Origin: Candidatus Saccharimonadota bacterium
GTDB taxonomy: Bacteria > Patescibacteriota > Gracilibacteria > UBA1369 > 2-02-FULL-48-14
Length of the DNA: 32,000 nt
Direction of reading: 5' to 3'
Assembly (NCBI GenBank): GCA_965230905.1
Contig: OZ246396.1
Span: forward strand, 930,001-962,000
The translations under genes were made by a program, and so were the position numbers. The notes below the pieces were generated by a model. The model did no database searches. It was not told the origin of the DNA and saw only the letters and a program-made list of their open reading frames with translations. Below, one piece after another: positions 24,684 through 32,000 of the stretch (positions are counted from its first letter, which is position 1; the number at the start of each line of letters is the position of its first letter).

Positions 24684-24723
24684 GAGTTTTGCACAATTGG
24701 GTCTTGCGAGTTTTGCACAATTG
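24684..24723 (+). promoter_or_regulatory. Two identical 16-bp direct repeats, each containing a DnaA box (TTTTGCACA)
   Basis: GAGTTTTGCACAATTG occurs at 24684-24699 and at 24708-24723, a 24-bp period. The second copy ends 8 nt before the annotated dnaA ATG. TTTTGCACA fits TTWTNCACA. Confidence 0.6.
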
Positions 24724-24731
24724 CAACTAAG

Positions 24732-26180
24732 ATGAGCACTCAATTTCCCACGCGTATGGACGCTGTATTACCCGGACAGGACCTTTGGCTTCGCATCTTA
24801 GAAAAGGTGGAAGCCGAAATCAAACGTCCGCATTTTCTCACTTGGTTTCAAAACACAGCTTTGCTGTCTTTTCACGATGGTTTGCTGGTGATTGGCGTGC
24901 CGAATATTTTTGCGAAGGACTGGCTCGAGAATAAAATCGGCGGACAGCTGATGGAAGCGATTAAGAGTGTGAATCCGGAGGTGCGCGAGATCATGATTGA
25001 AGTGGATCCGCACCTGGGTTTGCCGGACGATAGCCGCGGTGTGGATGTGAATAAGCAATTTGCCGGAAAAGAAAAAAAGATGCGAAAACTTCCTGGCAAA
25101 CAGGAGGTGCGTCTTTTGGAGGGAATTTCCAGTAAGTGTCTCAACCCAAAGTATACCTTGCAGCATTTTATTGTTGGCCCCAGCAATCGCCTCGCTCACG
25201 CCGCGTCGCTCGCGGTGGGTATGAGCCCCGGGTCCATTTACAACCCGCTCTTTGTGTACGGCGGCGTGGGACTCGGCAAGACCCATTTGCTCCAAGCGAC
25301 CGGAAACGAAATTCTGCGCAACGACCCCGATAAAGTGGTGGTTTACATGACCAGCGAACGGTTTACCAATGAGATTGTGGAAGCGATTGGAAAACGAAAC
25401 TCCAAAGAATTCAAAGATCGGTATCGCCGTGTGGACTGTCTGATTATCGACGATATTCAATTTTTGGCCAACAAAGACCGTACGCAGGAAGAATTTTTTC
25501 ACACTTTCAACGAACTCTACGACAACGGAAAACAAATCATCATCAGTTCCGACCGTCCGCCCAAGGAACTCGATTCTTTGCAGGATCGTTTGGTGAGCCG
25601 TTTTGAAATGGGCATGATTGTGGATGTGCAATTCCCGGATTACGAAACGCGTCTGGCGATTTTGCACGCGAAGTGTCGTGACCATGAAGTGCTGATTCAC
25701 CCTGAGGTTTTGGAATTCATTGCCATGAACGTGCACGACAGTGTGCGCGAGCTCGAAGGGGTGCTCGTTCAGGCAATAGCGCAGGCGGAGCTGGAACATT
25801 CCACGCCCACGGTGCGCAGCGTGGCTAAGATCATTAAGAAATTGGGACGTGAAACGAATTTTCAAGCGGATGCGGCGGTGGAAAACAGCCGAACTCTGCA
25901 CGCCGAAGATGTGATCGATATGGTGGGCCGTTACTTCCGCGTGCCGGCCGAAGAGCTTTTGGGCGATTCCCGTAAGAGCGGGGTGCTCGTGCCGCGGCAA
26001 GTGGCTATGTATTTGCTTCGCCATGAACTCAACCTGGCTTTTGAACAGATCGGCAGCGAGTGTGGCGGCAAAAATCACACCACTGTGATGCACGCCTGCG
26101 TGAAAGTCGAGAAGCAGCTGAAGAAAGACAAAAACTTGCTTCGCGACATAAATTCCATTAAGAAGGAGATGGGTTTATAA
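24732..26180 (+). CDS. dnaA: Chromosomal replication initiator DnaA
   Basis: 482 aa. Walker A GGVGLGKTHLL, LIIDDIQFL, the sensor region, and the C-terminal DNA-binding block GGKNHTTVMHA. An alternative start at M9 (24756) is possible. Confidence 0.97.
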   Translation: MSTQFPTRMDAVLPGQDLWLRILEKVEAEIKRPHFLTWFQNTALLSFHDGLLVIGVPNIFAKDWLENKIGGQLMEAIKSVNPEVREIMIEVDPHLGLPDDSRGVDVNKQFAGKEKKMRKLPGKQEVRLLEGISSKCLNPKYTLQHFIVGPSNRLAHAASLAVGMSPGSIYNPLFVYGGVGLGKTHLLQATGNEILRNDPDKVVVYMTSERFTNEIVEAIGKRNSKEFKDRYRRVDCLIIDDIQFLANKDRTQEEFFHTFNELYDNGKQIIISSDRPPKELDSLQDRLVSRFEMGMIVDVQFPDYETRLAILHAKCRDHEVLIHPEVLEFIAMNVHDSVRELEGVLVQAIAQAELEHSTPTVRSVAKIIKKLGRETNFQADAAVENSRTLHAEDVIDMVGRYFRVPAEELLGDSRKSGVLVPRQVAMYLLRHELNLAFEQIGSECGGKNHTTVMHACVKVEKQLKKDKNLLRDINSIKKEMGL

Positions 26181-26191
26181 AATTCTGCCTG

Positions 26192-27334
26192 ATGAGCTAC
26201 ACATACTACCGTCGGTACCAACCCAGTCATAAAAGAAAAAATGGAAGTTTCAAATCCTTCTTCTGGCTTGTGATTTTTTTAGTGTTTGTGCTGTTGGTGC
26301 TTCGCGCCTGCATTTCGGTGGCCGGCTCCATGCTCGAAGAAAAAAAAGACGAGGCCACGTTCACCCTCTATAAAGGAGAAGCTGAGATTTTGGAATGGGG
26401 GCAGACCGACGCCAAGGACGCCTCCGACGCGCAGTTGATTTTGGAGGGTGACCAAGTGAGCACGCTCGACAATGCCTGGGCGACTCTGGAATTTTATGAC
26501 GGAACGCGGGTGCGTTTGGACGACAACACCAAACTGGTTTTATCCAGTGTGGAAGTGGCGGAGGAAAGTGAGCAGGTTTTATTGGAGCTGATTGAGGGTC
26601 GCATTTGGGTGAGCCACGATGGCGCCGATCAAGCGCTGGATTTGCAGATCAATACCGCCGTGATGAACATCCAATCCGTGCAAGGCGAGTACTTGGTGGC
26701 GCATCAAGGCCAACAAGAGGCTTTGTTCGTTTCTGAGGGACCCGTGACCGCCGAGTACATGGATCGCAGCGGGGAAGAACGCACCATTGAAACCATTGTG
26801 ATGAGCAGCGGCGAGATGAGTTTGCTGGACGAAGCCACTCAAACGGCCCTTCAAGCCCGCGAGAACGTGACTCTGGTTGAACCTGTGCGCGAAGACATGT
26901 TCACGGATTCCTTTGTGCGCTGGAGTAAAGGCGAGAATGTGATTGAGGAAGAACCGATGGCGGTGGAAGAACCTGAGGAAGAAGAGATCGACGAAGAAGA
27001 GGAGGAACCCGTTGTTGAAGAACCGGTAGTAGAAACGGGTCTAAAAATCGCCATCAGCTCACCGGTTTCCGGTGCCACTATTCAAAAAGATGCCATCGCT
27101 TTGGAAGGTCAAATCCTTTCCGGCACGGCGAGCACCGTTACCGTGACTTGGTCTGGAAGTGGAGTGCCTTACACGCTTTCCAGTTTCACGGCGGGCAGCA
27201 GCAGCTTCCGTTACGTGGCCGACGTGGATTACGCCAACTATGCCCTGGGCTCTAACACTTACACCATTGTGGCTTACGATGCAGAAGGTAAGGTGAGCAA
27301 TACGGTTACCCTCACACTCAATGCAGAATTCTAG
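26192..27334 (+). CDS. Membrane-anchored FecR-like domain protein with an acidic linker and a C-terminal Ig-like region
   Basis: 380 aa. N-terminal TM segment FFWLVIFLVFVLLVL. The FecR-like stretch is ATLEFYDGTRVRLDDNTKLVL...LIEGRIWV. An EEPEEEEIDEEEEEP linker follows. The FecR call is from memory of the family pattern. Confidence 0.6.
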   Translation: MSYTYYRRYQPSHKRKNGSFKSFFWLVIFLVFVLLVLRACISVAGSMLEEKKDEATFTLYKGEAEILEWGQTDAKDASDAQLILEGDQVSTLDNAWATLEFYDGTRVRLDDNTKLVLSSVEVAEESEQVLLELIEGRIWVSHDGADQALDLQINTAVMNIQSVQGEYLVAHQGQQEALFVSEGPVTAEYMDRSGEERTIETIVMSSGEMSLLDEATQTALQARENVTLVEPVREDMFTDSFVRWSKGENVIEEEPMAVEEPEEEEIDEEEEEPVVEEPVVETGLKIAISSPVSGATIQKDAIALEGQILSGTASTVTVTWSGSGVPYTLSSFTAGSSSFRYVADVDYANYALGSNTYTIVAYDAEGKVSNTVTLTLNAEF

Positions 27335-27941
27335 GACCTTTGTGGATCTCACCCGTTTGACCATGGCGGGAATGCCCGTTTACCCGGGAGACACGGCTCC
27401 TGAACTCACCCAGACGGTGCATTTTGATAAAGATAGCTGTGTGAACTATGAGATCAAAAGTAGCATGCATGTGGGCACGCATATGGATGGGCCCATGCAC
27501 ATGGTAAAAGACGGACGACGGCTCTGTGATATTGAAGTAGAGCGGTTTTTTGGACGGGGCGTGCTGGTGGATGCTCGTGGAAAATCTCTTTTGGAGGCGA
27601 ACTTGCTCCCGGCGACTATTCAGGCCGGCGACATCGTGCTTTTTTGGACCGACTGGGAGAATCACTTCGGTCAGTCGACTTATTTTGAAAACTTCCCTGT
27701 TTTGAGCGAAGCGCTTGCGGAGCGGCTGGTGGAGCTTAAAGTGAAAATGATTGGGCTCGATAGTCCAAGTCCAGACCGTGAGCCCTACACCGTTCACCGT
27801 ATTCTTCTTAAGGAGGAAATTTTGATTTTGGAAAACCTCACTGGCTTAAATGCTCTGGAAGCTAAGCCGTTTGAAGTGACCGCGCTTCCTACTAAATACG
27901 CGGCAGACAGTGCACCTGCGCGAGTGGTTGCTTCAATTTAA
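27321..27941 (+). CDS. Cyclase-family protein (kynurenine formamidase / arylformamidase-like)
   Basis: 206 aa. PVYPGD and the HVGTHMDGPMH metal-binding motif (HxGTHxDxPxH) are present. The start overlaps the upstream gene by 14 nt. Confidence 0.8.
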   Translation: MQNSRTFVDLTRLTMAGMPVYPGDTAPELTQTVHFDKDSCVNYEIKSSMHVGTHMDGPMHMVKDGRRLCDIEVERFFGRGVLVDARGKSLLEANLLPATIQAGDIVLFWTDWENHFGQSTYFENFPVLSEALAERLVELKVKMIGLDSPSPDREPYTVHRILLKEEILILENLTGLNALEAKPFEVTALPTKYAADSAPARVVASI

Positions 27942-28931
27942 ATACTCCGCCTTGTTCGCCTCGTGTTCAGCATTGGTCGTTGCGTAGTGCACCGCGCCTT
28001 GGATGTCGGTGAGGTAGTAGAAATACGCGGATTCCTCGGGGTAAATGGTGGCCATTAAGCTGGCGAGGCCCGGATTGCTGATGGGCGTTGGAGGCAAGCC
28101 GATGTTCAGGCGGGTGTTGTAGGGCGTGTCGTCCGCCAAGTCGGAGGCGGTGAGTTCGTTGTCCTCCTGCACGTAGAGCAGAGTGGCGTCGATGCCCAGG
28201 AACCAGTCGTTGTCGTAGCGTTTCCAAATGATGCCGGCCACAATGGGCAGATCGTCTTCGGTGCGCACTTCGCGTTCCACCATGGCGGCCACGTTCACCA
28301 CCTCGCTTAGGGTGCGGCCGCTGGCGTCGATGGCGGCGCTCATCTCATCGGTGAGGCGATTGTCGAAATTTTGCAACATCATGTTGATGAGGTTTTCGCT
28401 TGTGAAGGTGGCGCTGTCTATAAAGTAGGTGTCGGGGAATAGGTAACCTTCCAGACTTTCGTCTTCATCCAAAAAATCGTAGTCGAAGCTGCAGGTTTTG
28501 CTGCATTCTTCAAAGGCGCCGAGGCCAATCAGGCCCAGGTCCGCGAGTTCGGCGTCCATTTCTTCAATGGTCCAGCCCTCGGGGGCGGTGAAGGCGAGTT
28601 CGCCGGTGCCTTCGGTGGTCAGCACCGTGATCACCTCACGCAGGGTCATGTCCTGAGTCAGTACAAAGCGTCCGTAGCGCAGGCTGCCGTCCAATTCCTC
28701 TTCTTCCACCGTACGCACAAAGGCTTTTTCACTCACGATCAGGCCCTCGTTTCCCAGGTTTTTTGAGATGATCCTGGCGCTGGAGCCTTTCTCCACTTCA
28801 AAGACAATTTTTTCAGTCGCTCCATTGTCCACGGCTTCGTTCAAATCGCGGCGCCAAAAGGGTTCCCACACGTTCCATACCACCACCACGGTGATGCATA
28901 AGAAAAGAAGTTGGAGTAGGCGTTTTTCCAT
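27933..28931 (-). CDS. mltG: Endolytic murein transglycosylase MltG (YceG-like)
   Basis: 332 aa with an N-terminal TM helix. The YceG signature YNTRLNIGLPPTPISNPGLASLMA is present. Confidence 0.9.
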   Translation of the reverse strand: MEKRLLQLLFLCITVVVVWNVWEPFWRRDLNEAVDNGATEKIVFEVEKGSSARIISKNLGNEGLIVSEKAFVRTVEEEELDGSLRYGRFVLTQDMTLREVITVLTTEGTGELAFTAPEGWTIEEMDAELADLGLIGLGAFEECSKTCSFDYDFLDEDESLEGYLFPDTYFIDSATFTSENLINMMLQNFDNRLTDEMSAAIDASGRTLSEVVNVAAMVEREVRTEDDLPIVAGIIWKRYDNDWFLGIDATLLYVQEDNELTASDLADDTPYNTRLNIGLPPTPISNPGLASLMATIYPEESAYFYYLTDIQGAVHYATTNAEHEANKAEYLN

Positions 28932-28940
28932 TTTGAAGAA

Positions 28941-29279
28941 TTATTGTTGAGGAGCGTCACCATCGGGTAGGCCAGGCATTCCAGGCATGTCCATGCCCAA
29001 GTCACCCATCATGCCGCGCATTTTTTCTGCCGCGACTTCCTGGGATTTCTTGATGGCTTTATTGAAAACCGTGAGCAGCGTTTCTTGAAGTTTGGTGACG
29101 TTTTCTGGCGTGAGCATCTCGGGTGGGATACGAACTTCCACCACTTCCTGTTCACCGTTGATCACCACGGCGATTCCATTCACTTCCGCTTCGATGTGCA
29201 GGTTTTTAAGTTCTTCTTTAATCTGTTTCGCTTTCTTTTGTAGCTTGTACAGATCTTTTGCTTGTCCAAAGAGTCCCAT
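28941..29279 (-). CDS. ybaB: YbaB/EbfC family nucleoid-associated protein
   Basis: The start is moved to the internal ATG (complement of 29277-29279), giving MGLFGQAKDLYKLQKKAKQIKEEL...VVINGEQEVVEVRIPPEML...VFNKAIKKSQE...PGMPGLP, about 113 aa. The longer track ORF (to 29342) would overlap the upstream gene. Confidence 0.85.
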   Translation of the reverse strand: MGLFGQAKDLYKLQKKAKQIKEELKNLHIEAEVNGIAVVINGEQEVVEVRIPPEMLTPENVTKLQETLLTVFNKAIKKSQEVAAEKMRGMMGDLGMDMPGMPGLPDGDAPQQ

Positions 29280-29338
29280 GTGAAAAATATTTAAGATTAA
29301 GCGAAGCGAGTATAGCGTAGCTCGGCGTGACTTCCAAG

Positions 29339-29959
29339 TCATGCAAGTACGGGAATTTTTCTCAGGTAGGCTTCCCAGTGTGGCTCGAGCAGTGCTTCCA
29401 GTACGTCTTCAAACGTCAGTGGCTCCCGTTTTTCTCGCTCAAGTTGGTACTTGACCATTCTGAATTTCTTTTCGAGATCCGGTTTGAGGTGGAAGGTGAG
29501 GGTGGATGTTTTTGCAGGTTGAGTTTCACCGCCAGCGGTGACGTTCAATCTGTTATTTTGTCCGATTCTGATTTCATGAACAAATGCATCGAGGGCCAAA
29601 GAGGTCATCTTCTCTACTCGCTCTGCCCAGAACCCATCGGTTTCAGGAGTAGCGATATAGGCCACGCGTTCCAGCTTCGTCCACCCTTGCGAGCCACTGA
29701 GCAGTTGTTCTTTTAAGATTGGTTTGTCCTCCAGCTTTTTTGAAATGCATAGCACCTTATCTACCGCTTCCTTGCTCATGCCCGCCAGTTTTCCGGCAAA
29801 TTCATAAAGGCTGGTGTAGCCTTTCTTCTTATAGAGTCGCCGTTCCAGGACTTCGGGGAGTAGGCCCGCAAAGCGCCGCCGCCAAATGCGAGCCGCCGTT
29901 CCATACTCCTTGCAGAGTTTATAAAGTTCCCTGTCGGAAAGTTTTTTGTAATCAGTCAT
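29339..29959 (-). CDS. Paralog of the HNH-endonuclease N-terminal (DUF222-like) domain, lacking the HNH nuclease domain
   Basis: 206 aa. ELYKLCKEYGTAARIWRRRFAGLLPEVLERRLYKKKGYTSLYEFAGKLAGMSKEAV aligns with ELYEKARFYGRNAIQWRQRFIGLLPEVEKRGLYATKGFDSMFEFAFKLAGLSEEQV of the 6427-7227 gene. Only about 60 nt remain before ybaB, which leaves no room for an HNH domain. Confidence 0.7.
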   Translation of the reverse strand: MTDYKKLSDRELYKLCKEYGTAARIWRRRFAGLLPEVLERRLYKKKGYTSLYEFAGKLAGMSKEAVDKVLCISKKLEDKPILKEQLLSGSQGWTKLERVAYIATPETDGFWAERVEKMTSLALDAFVHEIRIGQNNRLNVTAGGETQPAKTSTLTFHLKPDLEKKFRMVKYQLEREKREPLTFEDVLEALLEPHWEAYLRKIPVLA

Positions 29960-29982
29960 GCCTATAAGGTTAAATCGCTAGC

Positions 29983-29991
29983 ATTTTAACA
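29983..29991 (-). promoter_or_regulatory. Possible extended -10 (TGTTAAAAT on the minus strand) of the HNH-N paralog
   Basis: It lies 23 nt upstream of the ATG at 29959, with the same sequence class and spacing as 6395-6403 relative to 6427. Confidence 0.4.
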
Positions 29992-29996
29992 TAAAA

Positions 29997-30014
29997 GGTG
30001 AGCGTACGCTCACC
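29997..30014. repeat. Perfect 18-bp palindrome GGTGAGCGTACGCTCACC
   Basis: Self-complementarity checked base by base. On the minus strand it is followed directly by TTTTATGTTAAAAT, so it abuts the -35 position of the putative promoter. Confidence 0.6.
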
Positions 30015-30084
30015 AATTGTATGGACAAGTTTACAAAATTTGTTAAATTCACTAAGCTTCAGTCTTAGTATTTACCAACCAGGT

Positions 30085-30453
30085 ATGAAACTTCCAGAAT
30101 TCACCTTGCCGATTCTTTTAACAGCTGCTTGCGGGCCGACTCTCAGAGACGAACAAGTTACTAAGGAAGTCCATACTGCCATGGATGAGATTCATGCGAC
30201 TCCTACTATTCTTTGTCAAGATGCCGTGGATCGAGTTCATGCCCGCTTGATGGAAGCAGGATTCAAGCCGAATGAGGATCGTTTGAGCAGTGGCGACTAC
30301 ACCGTGATTACAGCGATTGGAACGGCTGTTTCCTCTTCGCCGCCCTCTATGGGTGTGCGTTTTTCAGATTACCTCACTGTTACAGCCGAGGATAAGCAAG
30401 GGCTGCTTGTTATGGAGACGGCTTCCTGTTCTAAGTATCCGGGCAGGGAATAA
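30085..30453 (+). CDS. Small putative lipoprotein, hypothetical
   Basis: The start is moved to the internal ATG, giving MKLPEFTLPILLTAAC|GPTL. This is a lipobox-like LTAAC after an uncharged h-region. 122 aa, with no other motif. Confidence 0.4.
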   Translation: MKLPEFTLPILLTAACGPTLRDEQVTKEVHTAMDEIHATPTILCQDAVDRVHARLMEAGFKPNEDRLSSGDYTVITAIGTAVSSSPPSMGVRFSDYLTVTAEDKQGLLVMETASCSKYPGRE

Positions 30454-30464
30454 TTATTTTCCTC

Positions 30465-30493
30465 TTGCCATCCTCAGTTTGGGTCGCTAAAAT
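30465..30493 (+). promoter_or_regulatory. Sigma70-type promoter (TTGCCA-N17-TAAAAT) for the L25 gene
   Basis: TTGCCA at 30465-30470 and TAAAAT at 30488-30493, 20 nt upstream of the ATG at 30514. Confidence 0.45.
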
Positions 30494-30513
30494 CCCTCCG
30501 CATCTTAAAAATT

Positions 30514-31170
30514 ATGGATAAAGTATCTTTCACCGCACAAGCTCGAGACAAATCTGTTAAAGCGAAGACTATTCGCAAGATGAATTTGATTCCTGCCGAA
30601 TACTACGGCCATGGAGTTGAAAACATCAGCTTACAGATGGATTACCAAAGCTTCCGAAAATTATATAAGAAATCTGGTTCAAACACCGTGATTGATCTTG
30701 AAATTGAAGGAAAAGGTGTTAAAAACGTGTTGATTCACCGTGTGGACACCCACACCGTTACCGATCTCTACACTCACGTGGAATTTATCAACGTGCGTAT
30801 GGATGAAGAAGTGAGCACCACCATCCCAGTTCGCTTGGAAGGTACCGCTCCTGCCGTTAAGGATTTGGGTGGAATTTTGATTCAAAACTTGGATGGTATC
30901 GAAGTGACTTGTTTGCCTCGAGACCTGGTTGCTGAAATTGTGGTGAACGTAGAAACTTTGGTGGACTTCAATAGCTCTATCACGGTGGCTGACCTCAAGA
31001 TTCCTAAGGGTATTACTGTGGCCAACGAGCCAGAAGCTTCTGTTGCTTACGTGACTCAACCTCAGGAAGAAGAAGTGGCAACTACTGAAACCGCTGTGGT
31101 GGACGTAGCATCTGTGGAAGTACCTGGAGAGAAGAAGGAAGGCGAAGAAGGTGAGGCGAAGGCAGATTAA
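30514..31170 (+). CDS. rplY: 50S ribosomal protein L25 / general stress protein Ctc form
   Basis: 218 aa. RKMNLIPAEYYGHG...VIDLEIEGKGVKNVLIHRVDTHTVTDLYTHVEFINV. Carries the Ctc-type C-terminal domain and an acidic tail. Confidence 0.9.
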   Translation: MDKVSFTAQARDKSVKAKTIRKMNLIPAEYYGHGVENISLQMDYQSFRKLYKKSGSNTVIDLEIEGKGVKNVLIHRVDTHTVTDLYTHVEFINVRMDEEVSTTIPVRLEGTAPAVKDLGGILIQNLDGIEVTCLPRDLVAEIVVNVETLVDFNSSITVADLKIPKGITVANEPEASVAYVTQPQEEEVATTETAVVDVASVEVPGEKKEGEEGEAKAD

Positions 31171-31184
31171 TTTGAAATTTAAAG

Positions 31185-31212
31185 AGAGCCTCGTAACTGG
31201 GGCTCTTTTTTG
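31185..31212 (+). terminator. Rho-independent terminator after rplY
   Basis: An AGAGCC...GGCTCT stem is followed by TTTTTT. It starts 15 nt after the stop codon. Confidence 0.65.
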
Positions 31213-31263
31213 TACTCAGCGAGTGAGCTTGTCAAAATATTAAAAAATGTTACCATAGCTCCT

Positions 31264-32000
31264 ATGGACAGATCACATATTGGGCCATTCTCAGTAGGAA
31301 GTAGCAAAGAATTCTTGGTTGGTACTCCTACCCAAGAATATCCTGAAGGATATGGACTTCATCTAGAACTTGAATCTGGCGCTGATATCCGTAAGTTGAT
31401 TAGGCGTTACAAAAGTCTACTGAGTCAACTAACAGAAGAAGTGGGGGTGCTTAAGATTACTGCCGCTTCAGGTGATTTTAATATGAGAGAGGCTCTGAAA
31501 GGTGTGCCTTTGAAGACTAAAACTAGACGCTCTTTGCCCTTGCACGTTGATCTTGTTGGTTCAGTGGATCCAGAAGAACAACAGAAATATTTGTATTCAA
31601 CAGCTTTTTTCCCAGAGTACTGGTCCGATGGAGTGCAGGTTTTTTGGCAAAACGCTACTCCACGAGGACGAAATGCTTCTACTGTTTGGGTTCCTTCCAG
31701 TGTGGGTGCAGACGCTACTTTAGAGGTGCTCACTACGCCTAGCTCTGGATTGGTGGAGTCAGGTTTAGTAAAAGAGGAAGAGCTTGAACTGTGGAATAAA
31801 ATGAGGGAACTTATATTAAAAGCTATTGGACTGGTAGGCCCTAGCCCAGCGGCTCAGGTGATGGTTTTGAAAGATTTTTTCAATCTCCTTTTTACCCTGA
31901 AGTTGGATTCACGTAGAGCTACGATGTTGAATATATATGATAGGGTTATTGAACATGTGCTGGATCAGGTGAAGCCGTGGAGTCTGGAGATGGACTGGTC
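31264..32000 (+). CDS. Hypothetical protein (orphan), 3' end beyond the window
   Basis: Not in the ORF track because it is edge-truncated. Manual translation from the ATG at 31264 (MDRSHIGPFSVGSSKEFLVG...) has no stop through 32000, about 245 codons. AT-richer than the housekeeping genes. No motif recognised. The - ORF 31425-31733 is its shadow. Confidence 0.55.
   Translation, partial: MDRSHIGPFSVGSSKEFLVGTPTQEYPEGYGLHLELESGADIRKLIRRYKSLLSQLTEEVGVLKITAASGDFNMREALKGVPLKTKTRRSLPLHVDLVGSVDPEEQQKYLYSTAFFPEYWSDGVQVFWQNATPRGRNASTVWVPSSVGADATLEVLTTPSSGLVESGLVKEEELELWNKMRELILKAIGLVGPSPAAQVMVLKDFFNLLFTLKLDSRRATMLNIYDRVIEHVLDQVKPWSLEMDW

Noticed and set aside
24798-26093. 431-aa minus-strand ORF opposite dnaA. 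Similar long antisense ORFs lie opposite pilT (19415-20512), rny (13202-14179), trxB (7439-8071), pepA (203-832) and the 677-aa gene (8876-9580).
   Set aside because: Each lies fully inside a gene with strong family motifs or better coding character on the other strand. Their translations are compositionally odd (H/R/F/V rich). I found no independent start context or conservation argument for them.
27321-27941. Cyclase-family protein considered as the nucleotide cyclase feeding the cNMP sensor at 20515-21324
   Set aside because: The HxGTHxDxPxH motif places it in the kynurenine-formamidase / polyketide-cyclase-like family, not in class III nucleotide cyclases. It is also 6 kb away in a different transcription unit.
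6394-29959. The two inverted HNH-family paralogs as boundaries of an invertible or mobile 23-kb segment
   Set aside because: Similarity is at the protein level only. There are no long identical DNA repeats to drive recombination. The enclosed genes are core housekeeping genes (groESL, dnaA, frr, pyrH) with native composition, and no integrase or transposase is present.
29998-30084. N-terminal 29-codon extension of the 151-aa ORF (GTG start at 29998, inside the palindrome)
   Set aside because: The extension overlaps the palindrome and promoter region and has no signal-peptide logic. The internal ATG at 30085 yields a proper lipoprotein-like N-terminus.

Overview
This looks like a bacterial chromosomal segment of about 50% GC by eye. 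It is tightly packed, with many 1-4 nt start/stop overlaps and no visible Shine-Dalgarno sequences. That style fits an uncultivated small-genome lineage such as CPR/Patescibacteria, but the taxon is only a guess. I can support about 40 CDS. Most are recognisable housekeeping genes: pepA (partial), bcp, Fe/Mn-SOD, nrnA, trxB, rny, groES/groEL with a CIRCE operator, pilT, pyrH, frr, rseP, dnaA, mltG, ybaB and L25/Ctc. Two small AT-richer toxin-antitoxin-like pairs sit on either side of groESL (HEPN/MNT upstream, DUF4258/DUF2283 downstream). I recognised no rRNA, tRNA, CRISPR array, transposase or integrase. Nothing here is an unambiguous new system, but these deserve a second look: (1) a translationally coupled cluster of two orphan proteins, an orphan PilT ATPase, a cNMP-binding sensor and a tail-anchored protein (17952-21687); (2) an operon of a 677-aa orphan, a NuoE-type [2Fe-2S] ferredoxin and a TrxB whose NADPH-specificity motif is degenerate (7529-10783); (3) a 279-bp gap at the only large strand switch (12485-12763), carrying three tandem 11-bp AT-rich repeats and a copy of the DnaA-box 10-mer found twice upstream of dnaA, which makes it a candidate oriC; (4) two divergent paralogs of an HNH-endonuclease family with conserved promoter and palindrome context, one broken by a single in-frame TAG and one lacking the nuclease domain. 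Two edge-truncated genes missing from the ORF track were recovered by hand (1-1249 minus, 31264-32000 plus).
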